Source: Nitrospirota bacterium
Lineage (GTDB): Bacteria; Nitrospirota; UBA9217
Length of the DNA stretch: 64,000 bases
Assembly: GCA_963845065.1 (NCBI GenBank)
Contig: CAWJQQ010000002.1
Span: 288,001-352,000 of the forward strand
Direction of reading: 5' to 3'
The notes below the pieces were generated by a model. The model saw nothing but the letters and a program-made list of their open reading frames with translations. It searched no databases and was not told the DNA's origin. Position numbers and translations under genes: made by a program. Positions 1 through 11,720 of this stretch are shown in pieces (positions within the stretch are counted from its first letter, which is position 1; every line of letters starts with the position of its first letter).

Positions 1-611
1 TCGATGGCTTTCAACATCTCGCGGATCGCTTCGGCACCCATGCCAGCCCTGAAGGTGCCGGGGCCATACTCCGTCTGCGCCTTTCGAAATTTTTCCTCGG
101 TAAGAAGCTCTTTATGCTTTAGCGGCGTATCAACGGGATCGACGACCACGTAACCTTCAAAGTAAAGGACCTTCTCAAGCTGCCGGAGCGTCATATCAAG
201 GAGCGTCCCGATGCGGCTCGGGAGACCTTTCAGGAACCAAATGTGAGCGACCGGCGATGAAAGTTCGATGTGGCCCATACGTTCGCGTCGGACCTTCGAC
301 TGTATCACTTCCACGCCACACTTGTCGCAAACGATGCCGCGGTGTTTCATACGCTTGTATTTTCCGCAGAGACATTCCCAATCCTTGATCGGGCCGAAAA
401 TCTTGGCGCAGAACAAGCCGTCCCTCTCCGGTTTGAAAGAGCGATAATTGATGGTTTCAGGTTTCTTTACTTCACCGAAAGACCATTCCTTGATCCTATC
501 CGGTGATGCTATCTTGATCCGCATGGCATCAAAGCTAATATCTTTCGGTTTTTCAAAAAGGTTCATCACATCTGCTCTGGTTTTATTTTCTGATAATTGT
601 TTCTCTTCCAC
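1..611 (-). CDS. rpoC: RNA polymerase beta' subunit, 5' part (runs off the window)
   Basis: Manual translation from GTG at 611 (GGAGG RBS upstream): MEEKQ...[48 protein letters not shown]. Follows rpoB. Confidence 0.97.
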   Translation of the reverse strand, partial: MEEKQLSENKTRADVMNLFEKPKDISFDAMRIKIASPDRIKEWSFGEVKKPETINYRSFKPERDGLFCAKIFGPIKDWECLCGKYKRMKHRGIVCDKCGVEVIQSKVRRERMGHIELSSPVAHIWFLKGLPSRIGTLLDMTLRQLEKVLYFEGYVVVDPVDTPLKHKELLTEEKFRKAQTEYGPGTFRAGMGAEAIREMLKAI

Positions 612-729
612 AGTGGACCTCCATAGGTGAGGGCAACGCCCTCATGGCCTAATCATTTATCTATCCTGCTTTACTAGTCAGTCCGATCGCCGCTGCCTTG
701 ATCGACGACCCTTCCTCCTCCGGGAACTG

Positions 730-3700
730 CTACCGGGCGGATGATATTTTTTCAAGCCCAATCACTCGTTCCCTCTCGTTCTTGCGCTCGATAAGCTCAA
801 CATCGAGGCAGAGGCTCTGCAGCTCCTTGATGAGCACGTAGAAGGACTCAGGTAGACCGGGTTCGAGCGTGTTCTCTCCCTTCACGATCGCCTCGTAGAT
901 CTTGGCGCGGCCGGCTACGTCATCGGACTTAACGGTGAGGAATTCCTGGAGACAATACGCTGCGCCGTAAGCCTGGAGAGCCCAGACTTCCATTTCTCCG
1001 AGGCGCTGACCGCCGAACTGCGCCTTGCCGCCGAGCGGTTGCTGGGTCACGAGCGAATAGGGCCCGATGGAACGCGCATGCAGCTTATCATCGACGAGAT
1101 GATGGAGTTTCAGCATATACATGTATCCGACAGTCACCGGTTTATCGAAGGGCTCCCCTGTCCGGCCATCAAAAAGTTGAGACTGGCCCGTAACCGGAAG
1201 TTTGCTTTCTTTGAGCATTGCACGGATTCGTTCTTCCGATGCTCCGTCGAACACCGGGGTTGCGACATGCAGACCAAGCGCTGTTGCGGCCCACCCAAGA
1301 TGCGTTTCAAGAATCTGTCCCACGTTCATACGGGACGGCACGCCAAGGGGGTTCAGTACAATCTCAACAGGGGTTCCATCCGGAAGGTAGGGCATGTCCT
1401 CTTCGGGAACAATTCGGGAGACCACGCCCTTGTTTCCATGCCTTCCGGCCATTTTATCACCAACGGATAGTTTACGTTTCATAGCAACGTAAGCCTTTAC
1501 GAGTTTAACCACACCGGGAGGAAGATCATCACCGCGCTTTAATCTGCCTATCTTCTCATCATATATGGACTCAAGAATGCTGAGCTGGTTCTCAGAGTTG
1601 TCAAGAATCTCCTGAAGCTTCGTTGGATAGTCCTCGGATTCCACCTTGATCTTTGCAAGATCTTTTTCAGGAAGTTTGTCAAGTATCTCTACCGTGATCT
1701 TCTTACCCTTGGCCAGCTCGGTTTTCCCGGTTTTTGCATTGACAACCTTATCCGCCGCTGTCTTGCCGATCAGGATTCTGCGGATGCGTTTGTACTTATC
1801 CTCTTTAGCCGCACGTACTTCATCTTGATATTCTTTCTGAAGCCGTGCTATTTCCTCGCTCTCCTGGGTCTTAAGGCGTTCGTTCTTGTCCTCGCCTTTG
1901 CGCGAGAAAACCTTCACGTCTATGACCGTCCCCTCGATGCCCGGCGGAGCATAAAGTGAAGCATCCCGTACATCGCCAGCCTTTTCGCCGAAGATGGCTC
2001 GAAGGAGTTTCTCCTCGGGAGTGAGCTGCGTTTCACCCTTGGGCGTCACTTTGCCGATAAGGATATCGCCAGGCATAACCTCGGCGCCAATGCGGATGAT
2101 CCCATTCTCGTCGAGGTTTCTGAGCGTCTCTTCTCCGAGGTTTGGAATGTCCCGAGTGATCTCTTCCTTGCCAAGTTTTGTGTCCCTCGCCTCGATCTCG
2201 AACTCTTCGATATGGATGGAAGTGTACCGGTCCTCTTTTACAATCTTCTCACTGATGATGATCGCGTCTTCATAGTTATATCCGCTCCAGGGCATAAACG
2301 CCACAAGAACGTTCTGGCCAAGAGCGAGCTCTCCCAGGTCTGTGGCCGGTCCGTCGGCGATCACCTGGCCTTTTTTCACTTTATCGCCCTGGCGTACTAT
2401 TGGCTTCTGGTTCATGCAAGTGTTCTGGTTCGAACGATAGAATTTAGTAAGCGGGTAGGTATCGATAACCGTCCGGCCCTTTGCGTCCTCGCCCTTTACC
2501 GTGATCCGCGTGGAATCCACGCCCTCAACGATGCCGTCGCGTTTGGCTGAAACGATGGCGCCCGAATCACGTGCAGCGACGCGCTCCATTCCTGTGCCAA
2601 CGACCGGTGCCTGTGGACGGAGCAGTGGCACCGCCTGGCGTTGCATGTTCGACCCCATGAGTGCACGGTTCGCGTCGTCATTTTCAAGGAAGGGAATGAG
2701 CGCGGCAGACACTGATACAATCTGTTTTGGTGACACGTCCATGTACTGCACTTCCTCGGCGCTTACTAATTTGAATTCGCCTCCAACTCGCGCGGACACA
2801 CTTTCCACAGCTATCCTACCACGGCCGTCGATCGGGGTATTCGCCTGGGCAACTACATAATTCTCGCCGTCCACGGCCGAAAGGTATTCAATCTCATCAG
2901 TCACCTTCCCGGCATTTGCATTCCGGTAAGGTGCTTCTATGAAACCATAGTCGTTCACACGTGCGTACGTCGCCAGAGAAACAATGAGACCGATGTTCGG
3001 ACCTTCCGGCGTCTCAATAGGGCATATCCTGCCGTAATGGGTCGTATGCACGTCGCGCACTTCGAATCCTGCGCGCTCGCGGGTAAGACCGCCGGGACCT
3101 AGGGCCGAAAGCCTCCTCTTGTGCGTGATCTCCGCCAAGGGGTTCGTCTGGTCCATAAACTGCGACAGCTGGCTCGATCCAAAAAATTCCTTTATGGCCG
3201 CGATTACGGGCTTGGGGTTGATGATATCATGCGGCATGAGGGTATCGACGTCTTGCAGGCTCATGCGCTCTTTGATGGCGCGTTCCATGCGCGCAAGGCC
3301 GACACGGATTTGGTTCTCGAGCAACTCGCCCACAGACCGCACGCGGCGGTTGCCGAGATGATCGATATCATCCACTTCACCCTTCCCGGTGCGGAGATTG
3401 ACGAGATACCTGATCACTTCAACGACGTCTTGAGCAGTAAGAGTTGTTTTCTCGATCGGGATATCGAGCTTCAATTTTTTGTTCAGTTTCAATCTGCCCA
3501 CGGACGACAAATCGTAGCGCTTGGCATTGAAGAACATACCTGTGAAGAGATTCCGTGCCATATCGATCGTCGGTGGTTCTCCCGGACGCATTTTCCGGTA
3601 GATCTCGAGAAGAGCTTCATCGGACGTCTGCACTTTGTCGGAAAGAAGTGTGTCTCTCATGGCGCTGATTACATGGATGCCATCCATGTAAATCACTTCC

Positions 3701-4722
3701 ATCTTTTCGACTTTGGTCTCCGCAATTCTTGTAAGAAAGGCTTCCGTTATCTTCTCATTTGCCGGGAGTAACACTTCGCCGGTTTCTGGGTCGATTACGT
3801 CCCGAAGTACAATACGGTCGATCAGTTCCTCGCGGGGAATCGGGATCTCCGTAATACCGGCCGCCTCCATTTTTTTGATTGCAATGCGGGTGATCTTGGC
3901 ACCATCCTTTACGATCTGCTCTCGGGTGTTTTTGTCGGTAATGGTTATCGGCGCCTTGAGGCCAGTCAGCACGTCGGGATGGATCCCGCGAGTGAAGCCG
4001 TCCTTTTTGATCTTGATGTTTTCTATGGGATAATACATTCTGAGCAGGTCTTCGTTGGAGTATCCGAAGGCTTTGAGAAGGATGGTGGCTGGAATCTTAC
4101 GCCTGCGGTCGATCCGAACGTAGACAATGTCTTTTACGTCGAACTCAAAGTCGAGCCAAGACCCGCGATAGGGAATAATCCGGGCGGAGTAGAGAATTTT
4201 GCCGCTCGCGTGGGTCCTGCCCTTGTCGTGCGTGAAAAAAGCGCCCGGGGAGCGATGAAGCTGGCTTACGACGACACGCTCGGTCCCGTTCACGATAAAC
4301 GTGCCGGTTTCTGTCATGAGTGGCAGATCGCCGACGTAGACTTCCTGTTCTTTGATATCCTTCACCCGTTTGGTAGCAGTCTGCTCATCCTTCTCGAAGA
4401 ACACAAGACGCGTCTTTATCTTGAGCGGCGCTGCGAACGTCGCCCCGCGCTGCAAGCATTCCCAAATGCTGTATTTTGGGTCGCCCAGTGAATAGCCAAG
4501 GTAGTCGACCATCGCCGTCTCGTTGAAATCATAAATTGGGTATACGCTCTTGAACGCAGCCTGGAGTCCCATGTCTTTTCTCTTGTCGGATGCGACGTCC
4601 TTCTGCAGAAAATAATCGTAAGACTTTTTCTGAATCTCGATGAGATCGGGAATCTCCAGGATTGTTGGAATTTTGGAAAAATCTTTCCGTACGCGGACAA
4701 GTTCTCTTTTTTCTTTAGACAT
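730..4722 (-). CDS. rpoB: RNA polymerase beta subunit
   Basis: 1330 aa with motifs [31 protein letters not shown] and [13 protein letters not shown]. Confidence 0.99.
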   Translation of the reverse strand: MSKEKRELVRVRKDFSKIPTILEIPDLIEIQKKSYDYFLQKDVASDKRKDMGLQAAFKSVYPIYDFNETAMVDYLGYSLGDPKYSIWECLQRGATFAAPLKIKTRLVFFEKDEQTATKRVKDIKEQEVYVGDLPLMTETGTFIVNGTERVVVSQLHRSPGAFFTHDKGRTHASGKILYSARIIPYRGSWLDFEFDVKDIVYVRIDRRRKIPATILLKAFGYSNEDLLRMYYPIENIKIKKDGFTRGIHPDVLTGLKAPITITDKNTREQIVKDGAKITRIAIKKMEAAGITEIPIPREELIDRIVLRDVIDPETGEVLLPANEKITEAFLTRIAETKVEKMEVIYMDGIHVISAMRDTLLSDKVQTSDEALLEIYRKMRPGEPPTIDMARNLFTGMFFNAKRYDLSSVGRLKLNKKLKLDIPIEKTTLTAQDVVEVIRYLVNLRTGKGEVDDIDHLGNRRVRSVGELLENQIRVGLARMERAIKERMSLQDVDTLMPHDIINPKPVIAAIKEFFGSSQLSQFMDQTNPLAEITHKRRLSALGPGGLTRERAGFEVRDVHTTHYGRICPIETPEGPNIGLIVSLATYARVNDYGFIEAPYRNANAGKVTDEIEYLSAVDGENYVVAQANTPIDGRGRIAVESVSARVGGEFKLVSAEEVQYMDVSPKQIVSVSAALIPFLENDDANRALMGSNMQRQAVPLLRPQAPVVGTGMERVAARDSGAIVSAKRDGIVEGVDSTRITVKGEDAKGRTVIDTYPLTKFYRSNQNTCMNQKPIVRQGDKVKKGQVIADGPATDLGELALGQNVLVAFMPWSGYNYEDAIIISEKIVKEDRYTSIHIEEFEIEARDTKLGKEEITRDIPNLGEETLRNLDENGIIRIGAEVMPGDILIGKVTPKGETQLTPEEKLLRAIFGEKAGDVRDASLYAPPGIEGTVIDVKVFSRKGEDKNERLKTQESEEIARLQKEYQDEVRAAKEDKYKRIRRILIGKTAADKVVNAKTGKTELAKGKKITVEILDKLPEKDLAKIKVESEDYPTKLQEILDNSENQLSILESIYDEKIGRLKRGDDLPPGVVKLVKAYVAMKRKLSVGDKMAGRHGNKGVVSRIVPEEDMPYLPDGTPVEIVLNPLGVPSRMNVGQILETHLGWAATALGLHVATPVFDGASEERIRAMLKESKLPVTGQSQLFDGRTGEPFDKPVTVGYMYMLKLHHLVDDKLHARSIGPYSLVTQQPLGGKAQFGGQRLGEMEVWALQAYGAAYCLQEFLTVKSDDVAGRAKIYEAIVKGENTLEPGLPESFYVLIKELQSLCLDVELIERKNERERVIGLEKISSAR

Positions 4723-4882
4723 TTTCGCACCCCTTAAACATCATAAAATGCACAATGAAAAATACAAATCGTGTAAAACGCAATGTTGAATCGTTTCCTT
4801 TTCTATTTTTCACTTTGCATTTCGAATTTTTTTACCGGTATTCGCCAGTTTCGAAGGCCCTATCCATAAACGCAAAAAGTCC

Positions 4883-4912
4883 GTTGCCCTCCGGACCGCT
4901 GCCGGAGGGCAA
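4883..4912 (-). terminator. Hairpin between rplL and rpoB (terminator/attenuator-like)
   Basis: TTGCCCTCCGG-N7-CCGGAGGGCAA inverted repeat followed by a T-rich tract on the minus strand. Confidence 0.55.
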
Positions 4913-4943
4913 GGACTTGGCACAAGAAGCCTGATTTGTCTTT

Positions 4944-5318
4944 TTACTTTACCTCTACAGTTGCGCCTACGTCGGTAAGCTTCTTTTTCATGGTTTCTGA
5001 CTCTTCCTTGGTAACACCGGTCTTTACCGGTTTCGGAGCACCTTCAACGAGGTCCTTTGCTTCCTTGAGGCCGAGACCTGTAAGCTCACGCACAACTTTA
5101 ATAACATTGATCTTCTGTGCCCCGGCACTCGCCAGGATAACATCAAATGCGGTCTTCTCTTCTACTGCTGCTGCGCCCGCTGCTCCTCCAGCTGCCGCGA
5201 CTGCCACGGGAGCTGCCGCAGACACACCCCACTTTTCCTCAAGCATTTTGCTCAGTTCTGCTGCTTCAAGAACGGTCAAACCGCTCAATTCATCAACCAT
5301 TTTTGCTAAATCAGCCAT
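4944..5318 (-). CDS. rplL: 50S ribosomal protein L7/L12
   Basis: Start re-set to MADLAK (GGAGG RBS). Motifs EEKTAFDV and [20 protein letters not shown]. Confidence 0.98.
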   Translation of the reverse strand: MADLAKMVDELSGLTVLEAAELSKMLEEKWGVSAAAPVAVAAAGGAAGAAAVEEKTAFDVILASAGAQKINVIKVVRELTGLGLKEAKDLVEGAPKPVKTGVTKEESETMKKKLTDVGATVEVK

Positions 5319-5387
5319 GTTTCTATTCCTCCCGAAAGTGTATAAACTTTTTAAAATATGCACTCGTTGTGAGCGCGTTTTAACGAT

Positions 5388-5900
5388 TTATCCCTTGTCT
5401 GCCTTCGCTTTCATAACCCTGGCAATTTGACCACCCGGAGCTGCCAGCACGCCGACTATCCTCGATGCAGGCGCCTGGAGAAGACCGATGATTTTCCCGC
5501 GGAGCGAATTCAGCGACGGCAGGCTGGCGAGCGCCTTGATATCCGCCTGCTTCAGGAGCTTGCCGTCGAGCACACCAACCTTGAGTTGAAGCTTCTCCTG
5601 CGTCTTACTGAAATCAAAGAGTACCTTCGCTGGCGCAACCACGTCATCGTACCCGAGTGCAATGCCCACAGGACCAATAAAGTAATCCTTGAGCGGCTCG
5701 AGACCGGTGCCTTCTGATGCTTTGCGCGCCAGGGTGTTTTTTACGACGCGGTATTCAACCTTAGCTGCACGCAGCTTCGCCCGGAGTTCGGTAATCTGTT
5801 CAACATTGATTCCAGAATACCCCGTAATCACCGCAGTTTTGGCGCGAACGAACTTCGCATGGAGTTCATCTATTGCTTCTTTTTTCTCTTCTTTATTCAA
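5388..5900 (-). CDS. rplJ: 50S ribosomal protein L10
   Basis: VVKNTLA motif, TTG start with RBS, position in the operon. Confidence 0.98.
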   Translation of the reverse strand: MNKEEKKEAIDELHAKFVRAKTAVITGYSGINVEQITELRAKLRAAKVEYRVVKNTLARKASEGTGLEPLKDYFIGPVGIALGYDDVVAPAKVLFDFSKTQEKLQLKVGVLDGKLLKQADIKALASLPSLNSLRGKIIGLLQAPASRIVGVLAAPGGQIARVMKAKADKG

Positions 5901-5987
5901 CGCTGTCCTCCTTTCTTTCCAGAGTTCCCGATGACTGCCCCGGGAATCTCGAAAGAAAGGGAAACTGCACTTCTTTCATCTACCCGG

Positions 5988-6064
5988 GTCTCGGCAGGCT
6001 CCGTTTCAGGAATTAAACCGAAAAAGAAACGGCTTATCAATTTTCAGTGCCTGCTGTCTCGGAC
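5988..6064 (-). promoter_or_regulatory. L10 leader (rplJL autoregulatory RNA)
   Basis: Minus strand GTCCGAGACAGCAGG...TTAA...CCTGCCGAGAC upstream of rplJ matches the L10-leader pattern. Confidence 0.8.
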
Positions 6065-6167
6065 CGTATCCCTCTTCTTGAGGGATCGACCTTTTTCAGT
6101 AAAGTAATATCTGCAACGATAACAAGGTTAGCGCAGAGTATGCAAATACGTAACAGCTATCGTTCTA

Positions 6168-6869
6168 TTATCCTGCAAGCTTTTCGATCGCAGCCGTATC
6201 CATTCTAACGCCGGGCCCCATAGTCGTGGAAACAGTTGCGCTCTTGAGATACTTACCCTTGCTCGACGACGGTTTAGCCTTCAAAATTGACTCGAGTACA
6301 GCCTTGGCATTGTCCACAAGTTTATTTTCGTCGAAGGACGCCTTGCCCACCGGAACATGAACTATGCCGGCCTTCTCCACGCGGTATTCGACTTTGCCCG
6401 CCCGAATTTCCCTGATTGCCTTCGCAATATCAAATGTCACCGTACCAGTCTTGGGATTCGGCATCAATCCGCGTGGGCCAAGCACTTTACCGAGCCTGCC
6501 CACGATTCCCATGATGTCCGGCGTAGCAACAACGGTATCGAAATCCGTCCAGCTTTCTTTTGTAATTTTATCTGCAAGATCTTCAGCGCCAACATAATCA
6601 GCGCCGGCATCCCTCGCTTCTTTCTCTTTATCGCCCTTCGCGAATACCAGAATTTTTACTTTTTTCCCGGTACCGTGCGGAAGAACGACCGTCCCGCGCA
6701 CCATCTGGTCCGCCTGTTTTGGATCCACACCGAGTCTGATCGCCAGATCAACGGTTTCATCGAACTTTGTTCTTGCCGTTTTCTTGGCAAGACCAACAGC
6801 CTCTTCGATGCCGAACATTTTTGTGCGGTCCACCAGTGCTGCCACTGCTTTATACTTCTTCCCTGCCAT
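6168..6869 (-). CDS. rplA: 50S ribosomal protein L1
   Basis: Motifs KFDETVD and [16 protein letters not shown]. Confidence 0.99.
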   Translation of the reverse strand: MAGKKYKAVAALVDRTKMFGIEEAVGLAKKTARTKFDETVDLAIRLGVDPKQADQMVRGTVVLPHGTGKKVKILVFAKGDKEKEARDAGADYVGAEDLADKITKESWTDFDTVVATPDIMGIVGRLGKVLGPRGLMPNPKTGTVTFDIAKAIREIRAGKVEYRVEKAGIVHVPVGKASFDENKLVDNAKAVLESILKAKPSSSKGKYLKSATVSTTMGPGVRMDTAAIEKLAG

Positions 6870-6877
6870 GTTTCCTC

Positions 6878-6911
6878 CTTGCGGTTCGAACGGCCGTTGA
6901 CGGCCTCCCGC
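6878..6911 (-). promoter_or_regulatory. L1-binding leader hairpin before rplA
   Basis: GCGGGAGGCCGTCAACGGCCGTTCGAACCGC directly before the rplA RBS, with the GGGAG/GAAC internal loop typical of L1 sites. Confidence 0.65.
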
Positions 6912-6990
6912 ATGAAAATTTTAATAGGAATGGAAGATGAGAAATTTTAAACACCGACTTCCATTTCCGATTCGACATTTAGGAGCCCAG

Positions 6991-7032
6991 CGCGAAAAGC
7001 CCTACATGCTTTAGTGGTGGGAGTAGGTCTAA
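6991..7032 (+). repeat. Single IS200/IS605-end hairpin (family with CATGCTTTAGCGGTGG core)
   Basis: CGCGAAAAGCCCTACATGCTTTAGTGGTGGGAGTAGGTC, same core as 10605, 10890, 22570 and 42070. Confidence 0.6.
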
Positions 7033-7041
7033 ATAATGTCG

Positions 7042-7467
7042 TTAATCGACGATTTCCAACCCCATGCTCTTTGCTGAGCCCTCGATCATCCGCATGGCTG
7101 AATCAACATTTGCCGCATTGAGATCCGGAAGCTTCGTTTGCGCGATCTCCTTTATTTGGGAGCGAGTCACCTTGCCGACTTTATCCTTGTTTGGCGTACC
7201 GGAGCCCTTCACGATCCCAGCTGCCTTTTTCAGAAGCTCAGCGGCCGGCGGGGTCTTGGTAATAAAGGTGAACGACCGGTCTGAGTATACCGAGATAATG
7301 ACCGGAACGATGGTCTCGCCCATTTTCTGGGTCTTCGCATTGAAGGCCTTGCAGAACTCCATGATATTGACGCCATGCTGACCGAGTGCGGGACCCACCG
7401 GCGGCGCCGGATTAGCTTTGCCTGCAGGAACTTGAAGTTTGATTTTTGCCGTAATTTCTTTAGCCAT
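7042..7467 (-). CDS. rplK: 50S ribosomal protein L11
   Basis: Motif [23 protein letters not shown]. Confidence 0.99.
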   Translation of the reverse strand: MAKEITAKIKLQVPAGKANPAPPVGPALGQHGVNIMEFCKAFNAKTQKMGETIVPVIISVYSDRSFTFITKTPPAAELLKKAAGIVKGSGTPNKDKVGKVTRSQIKEIAQTKLPDLNAANVDSAMRMIEGSAKSMGLEIVD

Positions 7468-7535
7468 AGAACATACTCCTGTATTATTTTAGCGCTTTTT
7501 TATTGGAGAATCTCAAATCGTAAAATTTTGTCAGA

Positions 7536-8081
7536 TTATTTAGCGTCTTTTTCTCGCTCTACCTGAAGGAATTCAAGCTCTACTGGCGTCGAACGCCCGA
7601 AAATACTCACCATCACCCGAAGTCGGCCGTGCGCGGGATTGACATCTTCCACAGTACCGATAAAGCTGTTGAACGGTCCATCGATAACTCTGACGCGATC
7701 GCCTTTCTGGTACGCTTGCTTGGGCTGGGTCGGAGCCACCGCTCCCTCTTCAGTCTGTTTGAGGATGGTCTTCACTTCATCGTCGCTCAAGGGTGTAGGG
7801 TTCGTGCTTCCGCCTACAAAACCGGTCACCTTGGGTGTTTCTTTGATGATATGCCACGTATTATCATCCATCTCCATTTCGACAAGGATGTAGCCAGGGA
7901 AAAATTTCCGCTGCGATTTGCGTTTTTTCCCGGCCTTGATGGATAATATCTCTTCGGTCGGAACAAGGATTTGACCTATTTTTTCCTGGAGGCCAAGCTT
8001 CAACACCGTCTCGAGGACACTGGTCTTTACCTTGTTCTCAAAACCTGCATATGTATGAACTACATACCAATTCATCGGCAT
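7536..8081 (-). CDS. nusG: Transcription factor NusG
   Basis: WYVVHTYAGFE, FFPGY, KOW motif, SIFGRSTPVELEF. Confidence 0.99.
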   Translation of the reverse strand: MPMNWYVVHTYAGFENKVKTSVLETVLKLGLQEKIGQILVPTEEILSIKAGKKRKSQRKFFPGYILVEMEMDDNTWHIIKETPKVTGFVGGSTNPTPLSDDEVKTILKQTEEGAVAPTQPKQAYQKGDRVRVIDGPFNSFIGTVEDVNPAHGRLRVMVSIFGRSTPVELEFLQVEREKDAK

Positions 8082-8089
8082 ACTGATCT

Positions 8090-8278
8090 CTACCTACTAA
8101 AGGCAATGGCCATTAGTCTTGCCAACACCAAATCTACCAGTCCCAAAAAAAAGGCGCAAATAAGCACGGTGAATATCACCACCCAGGTAGAACCAATGAC
8201 TTCTTTCCTTGTCGGAAACACAACCTTCTTGAGTTCCAGCTTAACCTCTTGAAAAAATATCCTTACCTTATTAAACAT
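8090..8278 (-). CDS. secE: Preprotein translocase SecE
   Basis: ELKKVVFPTRKE plus one TM helix. Start re-set to MFNK. Confidence 0.95.
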   Translation of the reverse strand: MFNKVRIFFQEVKLELKKVVFPTRKEVIGSTWVVIFTVLICAFFLGLVDLVLARLMAIAFSR

Positions 8279-8311
8279 ACAAGCCTCTTTCTGCACAGGA
8301 GTCTCGAAAAA

Positions 8312-8387
8312 TGGCAGGCCAGGAGGGACTCGAACCCCCAGCAGCCGGATTTGGAGTCCGGAGCTCTACCATTAGAGCTACTGGCCT
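8312..8387 (-). tRNA. tRNA-Trp(CCA)
   Basis: Cloverleaf with anticodon arm CCGGA-CT-CCA-AA-TCCGG and encoded CCA end. Confidence 0.97.
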
Positions 8388-8421
8388 GTGTCCTAACCCC
8401 GCATCGCCATGCATATCCAGG

Positions 8422-8574
8422 CTATGCTTTCGTTTCCTTGTGCACAGTGTGTTTACGACAGAATCGGCAATATTTATCAAGATTAAGCTTGTCTGGTGTG
8501 TTCCTTTTGTTCTTGGTCGTTGAATAATTTTTGCGCTTGCATTCACCGCAAGCAAGAAGAATGATTTCCCGCAC
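8422..8574 (-). CDS. rpmG: 50S ribosomal protein L33 (Zn-ribbon form), absent from the ORF track
   Basis: Manual translation from [53 protein letters not shown]. Confidence 0.97.
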   Translation of the reverse strand: MREIILLACGECKRKNYSTTKNKRNTPDKLNLDKYCRFCRKHTVHKETKA

Positions 8575-8665
8575 GATAATAGCCTCACTCGTATTTAATT
8601 TCTGATTATGAATCGCGTTTTTCAGGTTCTAAATTCGCGATCACCGAACCACAATCACAATTGAA

Positions 8666-9865
<1,200 letters not shown>

Positions 9866-9927
9866 GCTGTCCGCCTCCTCTAAGGAAGTGTAAAATAGTT
9901 TTGTTTAATTTAAAAATCGTACAGTAC

Positions 9928-10003
9928 TGGAGCCCATGAGCGGGATTGAACCGCTGACCTCATCCTTACCAAGGATGTGCTCTACCAACTGAGCTACATG
10001 GGC
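9928..10003 (-). tRNA. tRNA-Thr(GGT)
   Basis: Anticodon arm CATCC-TT-GGT-AA-GGATG, CCA end. Confidence 0.97.
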
Positions 10004-10043
10004 ATTGCAACGCTTGAACTGTTCAAACGTTTAGGCAATTAAA

Positions 10044-10120
10044 TGGAGCGGGAAACGGGATTCGAACCCGCGACCCCAAGCTTGGAAGGCTTGCGCTCTA
10101 GCCAGCTGAGCTATTCCCGC
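10044..10120 (-). tRNA. tRNA-Gly(TCC)
   Basis: Anticodon arm CAAGC-CT-TCC-AA-GCTTG, CCA end. Confidence 0.97.
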
Positions 10121-10211
10121 ATTAGATCGCGGACTTTTTTGTGCACATTTATAATTATTATGAATTTTAAATCCGCATATCTGCAAATTCGATTCCGTAG
10201 TTCCATTTAAG

Positions 10212-10297
10212 TGGTGGGGAGGGGAGGTTTCGAACCTCCGTAGGCTGACGCCGACAGATTTACAGTCTGTTCCCTTTGGCCACTCGGGCACCTCCCC
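10212..10297 (-). tRNA. tRNA-Tyr(GTA)
   Basis: Anticodon arm ACAGA-CT-GTA-AA-TCTGT, long variable arm, CCA end. Confidence 0.97.
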
Positions 10298-10355
10298 GAC
10301 GCAGCGACAATCTTCCTCATTATTAGAGCGACTTACATGATTATTAATAAAAAAG

Positions 10356-10431
10356 TGGAGCCACCGAAGGGACTCGAACCCCCGACAGGCTGATTACAAA
10401 TCAGCTACTCTACCAGCTGAGTTACGGTGGC
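10356..10431 (-). tRNA. tRNA-Thr(TGT)
   Basis: Anticodon arm GCTGA-TT-TGT-AA-TCAGC, CCA end. Confidence 0.97.
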
Positions 10432-10512
10432 AGAATCCTCTGGACGCGCTAAGGCCTTGCCAGCCCATAACGACAAGTGCGCGCACCACGGCTGTCGCGC
10501 CAAAGAATTGGA

Positions 10513-10542
10513 ATTATATGATATTGCATACAATCTTGTCAA
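10513..10542 (-). promoter_or_regulatory. sigma70 promoter of the tRNA-tuf operon
   Basis: TTGACA-N18-TATAAT on the minus strand. Confidence 0.7.
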
Positions 10543-10584
10543 GTAAAAAGATTAATTTTAACTGTCTTTATAAAAGGCGTCCTA

Positions 10585-10919
10585 AGTTTTACGCGCGAGA
10601 CCCCACCCCCCATGCTTTGGCGGTGGGATGAAAGCGTTTAACCCGTATAGTTTTACAAGTTCTATTACTGCTATATCATAATACTTATGCTTTACGACAG
10701 GGAAACTGGTCCCTGGACACTTTGAAACCAAGGATATCCGGTCCTGGCAAGAAAGTTGTCAGGTAAGCCTTTTGTCCGCAAAGACTAATTAATAGTTGAG
10801 TTTCAAATGGCAGGGGCGTCCAACATTTGGGAGAGTAGCCGTAAGACTGCCTATATCCCGGTCAGCAAATCCGCTTGTATCCAAGAATATCACATGTTTT
10901 AGCGGTGGGAATGTGTAAA
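10585..10919 (+). mobile_element. Degenerate non-autonomous IS200/IS605 derivative (LE hairpin + tnpB 3'/omegaRNA-like tail + RE hairpin)
   Basis: LE-like CCCCATGCTTTGGCGGTGGGATGAAAGCG and RE-like GAATATCACATGTTTTAGCGGTGGGAATGTGTAAA preceded by GCCGTAAGACTGC. No ORF. Confidence 0.6.
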
Positions 10920-10945
10920 CTACAATAGTATTCACAAACAATTGT

Positions 10946-11695
10946 TCATGAACTCCGGGTTCTCCGTTGACGCAGCACTTCGAAGAGTAATGCCCCCGCG
11001 GCCACCGACACATTCAGGGAACTGATTTTGCCCATCAAAGGTAATGATACGAGGTAATCACAGTGCTCTCTCACGAGCCTGCGTACACCTTTACCCTCGC
11101 CACCCAATACCAGTGCCGTAGAACGTAAAAAGTCGGCGTCCCAGTAGACCGTGTCGCCTCCCGCTTCGGCACCCACTATCCAGACTCCTGCCTTTTTGAG
11201 GACATCGATGGTATTAACAATATTTACAACCTTTGCTACCGGCACATATTCAAGCGCTCCAGCTGCAGCTTTGGCAACTGTATCCGTCAGGCCAGCCGCA
11301 CGGCGTTCCGGGATAATTACTCCGTGAACACCTGCTGCCTCGGCACTGCGCAAAATGGCCCCGAGATTTCTCGGGTCTTCAACGCCGTCCAGGATAAGAA
11401 ACAGAGGAACCTGTCCCTTTTGGACAGGAATTTTGAGGACATCATCGAGATCCACATACTCCTGGGCGGACACAATAGCGATCACGCCCTGATGCGTTGT
11501 CTGCGGAGCTTCGCGATTTAAGGTATCTCGGCTCGCCATTCTAAGCTCTACACCACTGCCCTTAGCAAGCCGAAATATCTCCTTCACATCGCGGTCAGTT
11601 TTGCGTTGCTCAGCGATCAACAGCCGCCGTATCGGCCTCCCTGACCTAAGCGCCTCAAGTACGGGGTTGATGCCGAATATTTTATCTTTATGCAT
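10946..11695 (-). CDS. rlmB: 23S rRNA (Gm2251) methyltransferase
   Basis: SPOUT motifs DGVEDPRNLGAILRSA, GGEGKG and SLNVSVA. Follows cysS. Start re-set to MHKDK. Confidence 0.95.
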   Translation of the reverse strand: MHKDKIFGINPVLEALRSGRPIRRLLIAEQRKTDRDVKEIFRLAKGSGVELRMASRDTLNREAPQTTHQGVIAIVSAQEYVDLDDVLKIPVQKGQVPLFLILDGVEDPRNLGAILRSAEAAGVHGVIIPERRAAGLTDTVAKAAAGALEYVPVAKVVNIVNTIDVLKKAGVWIVGAEAGGDTVYWDADFLRSTALVLGGEGKGVRRLVREHCDYLVSLPLMGKISSLNVSVAAGALLFEVLRQRRTRSS

Positions 11696-11720
11696 AAAAC
11701 TGTCTCTGCTGCCGCCGGAG

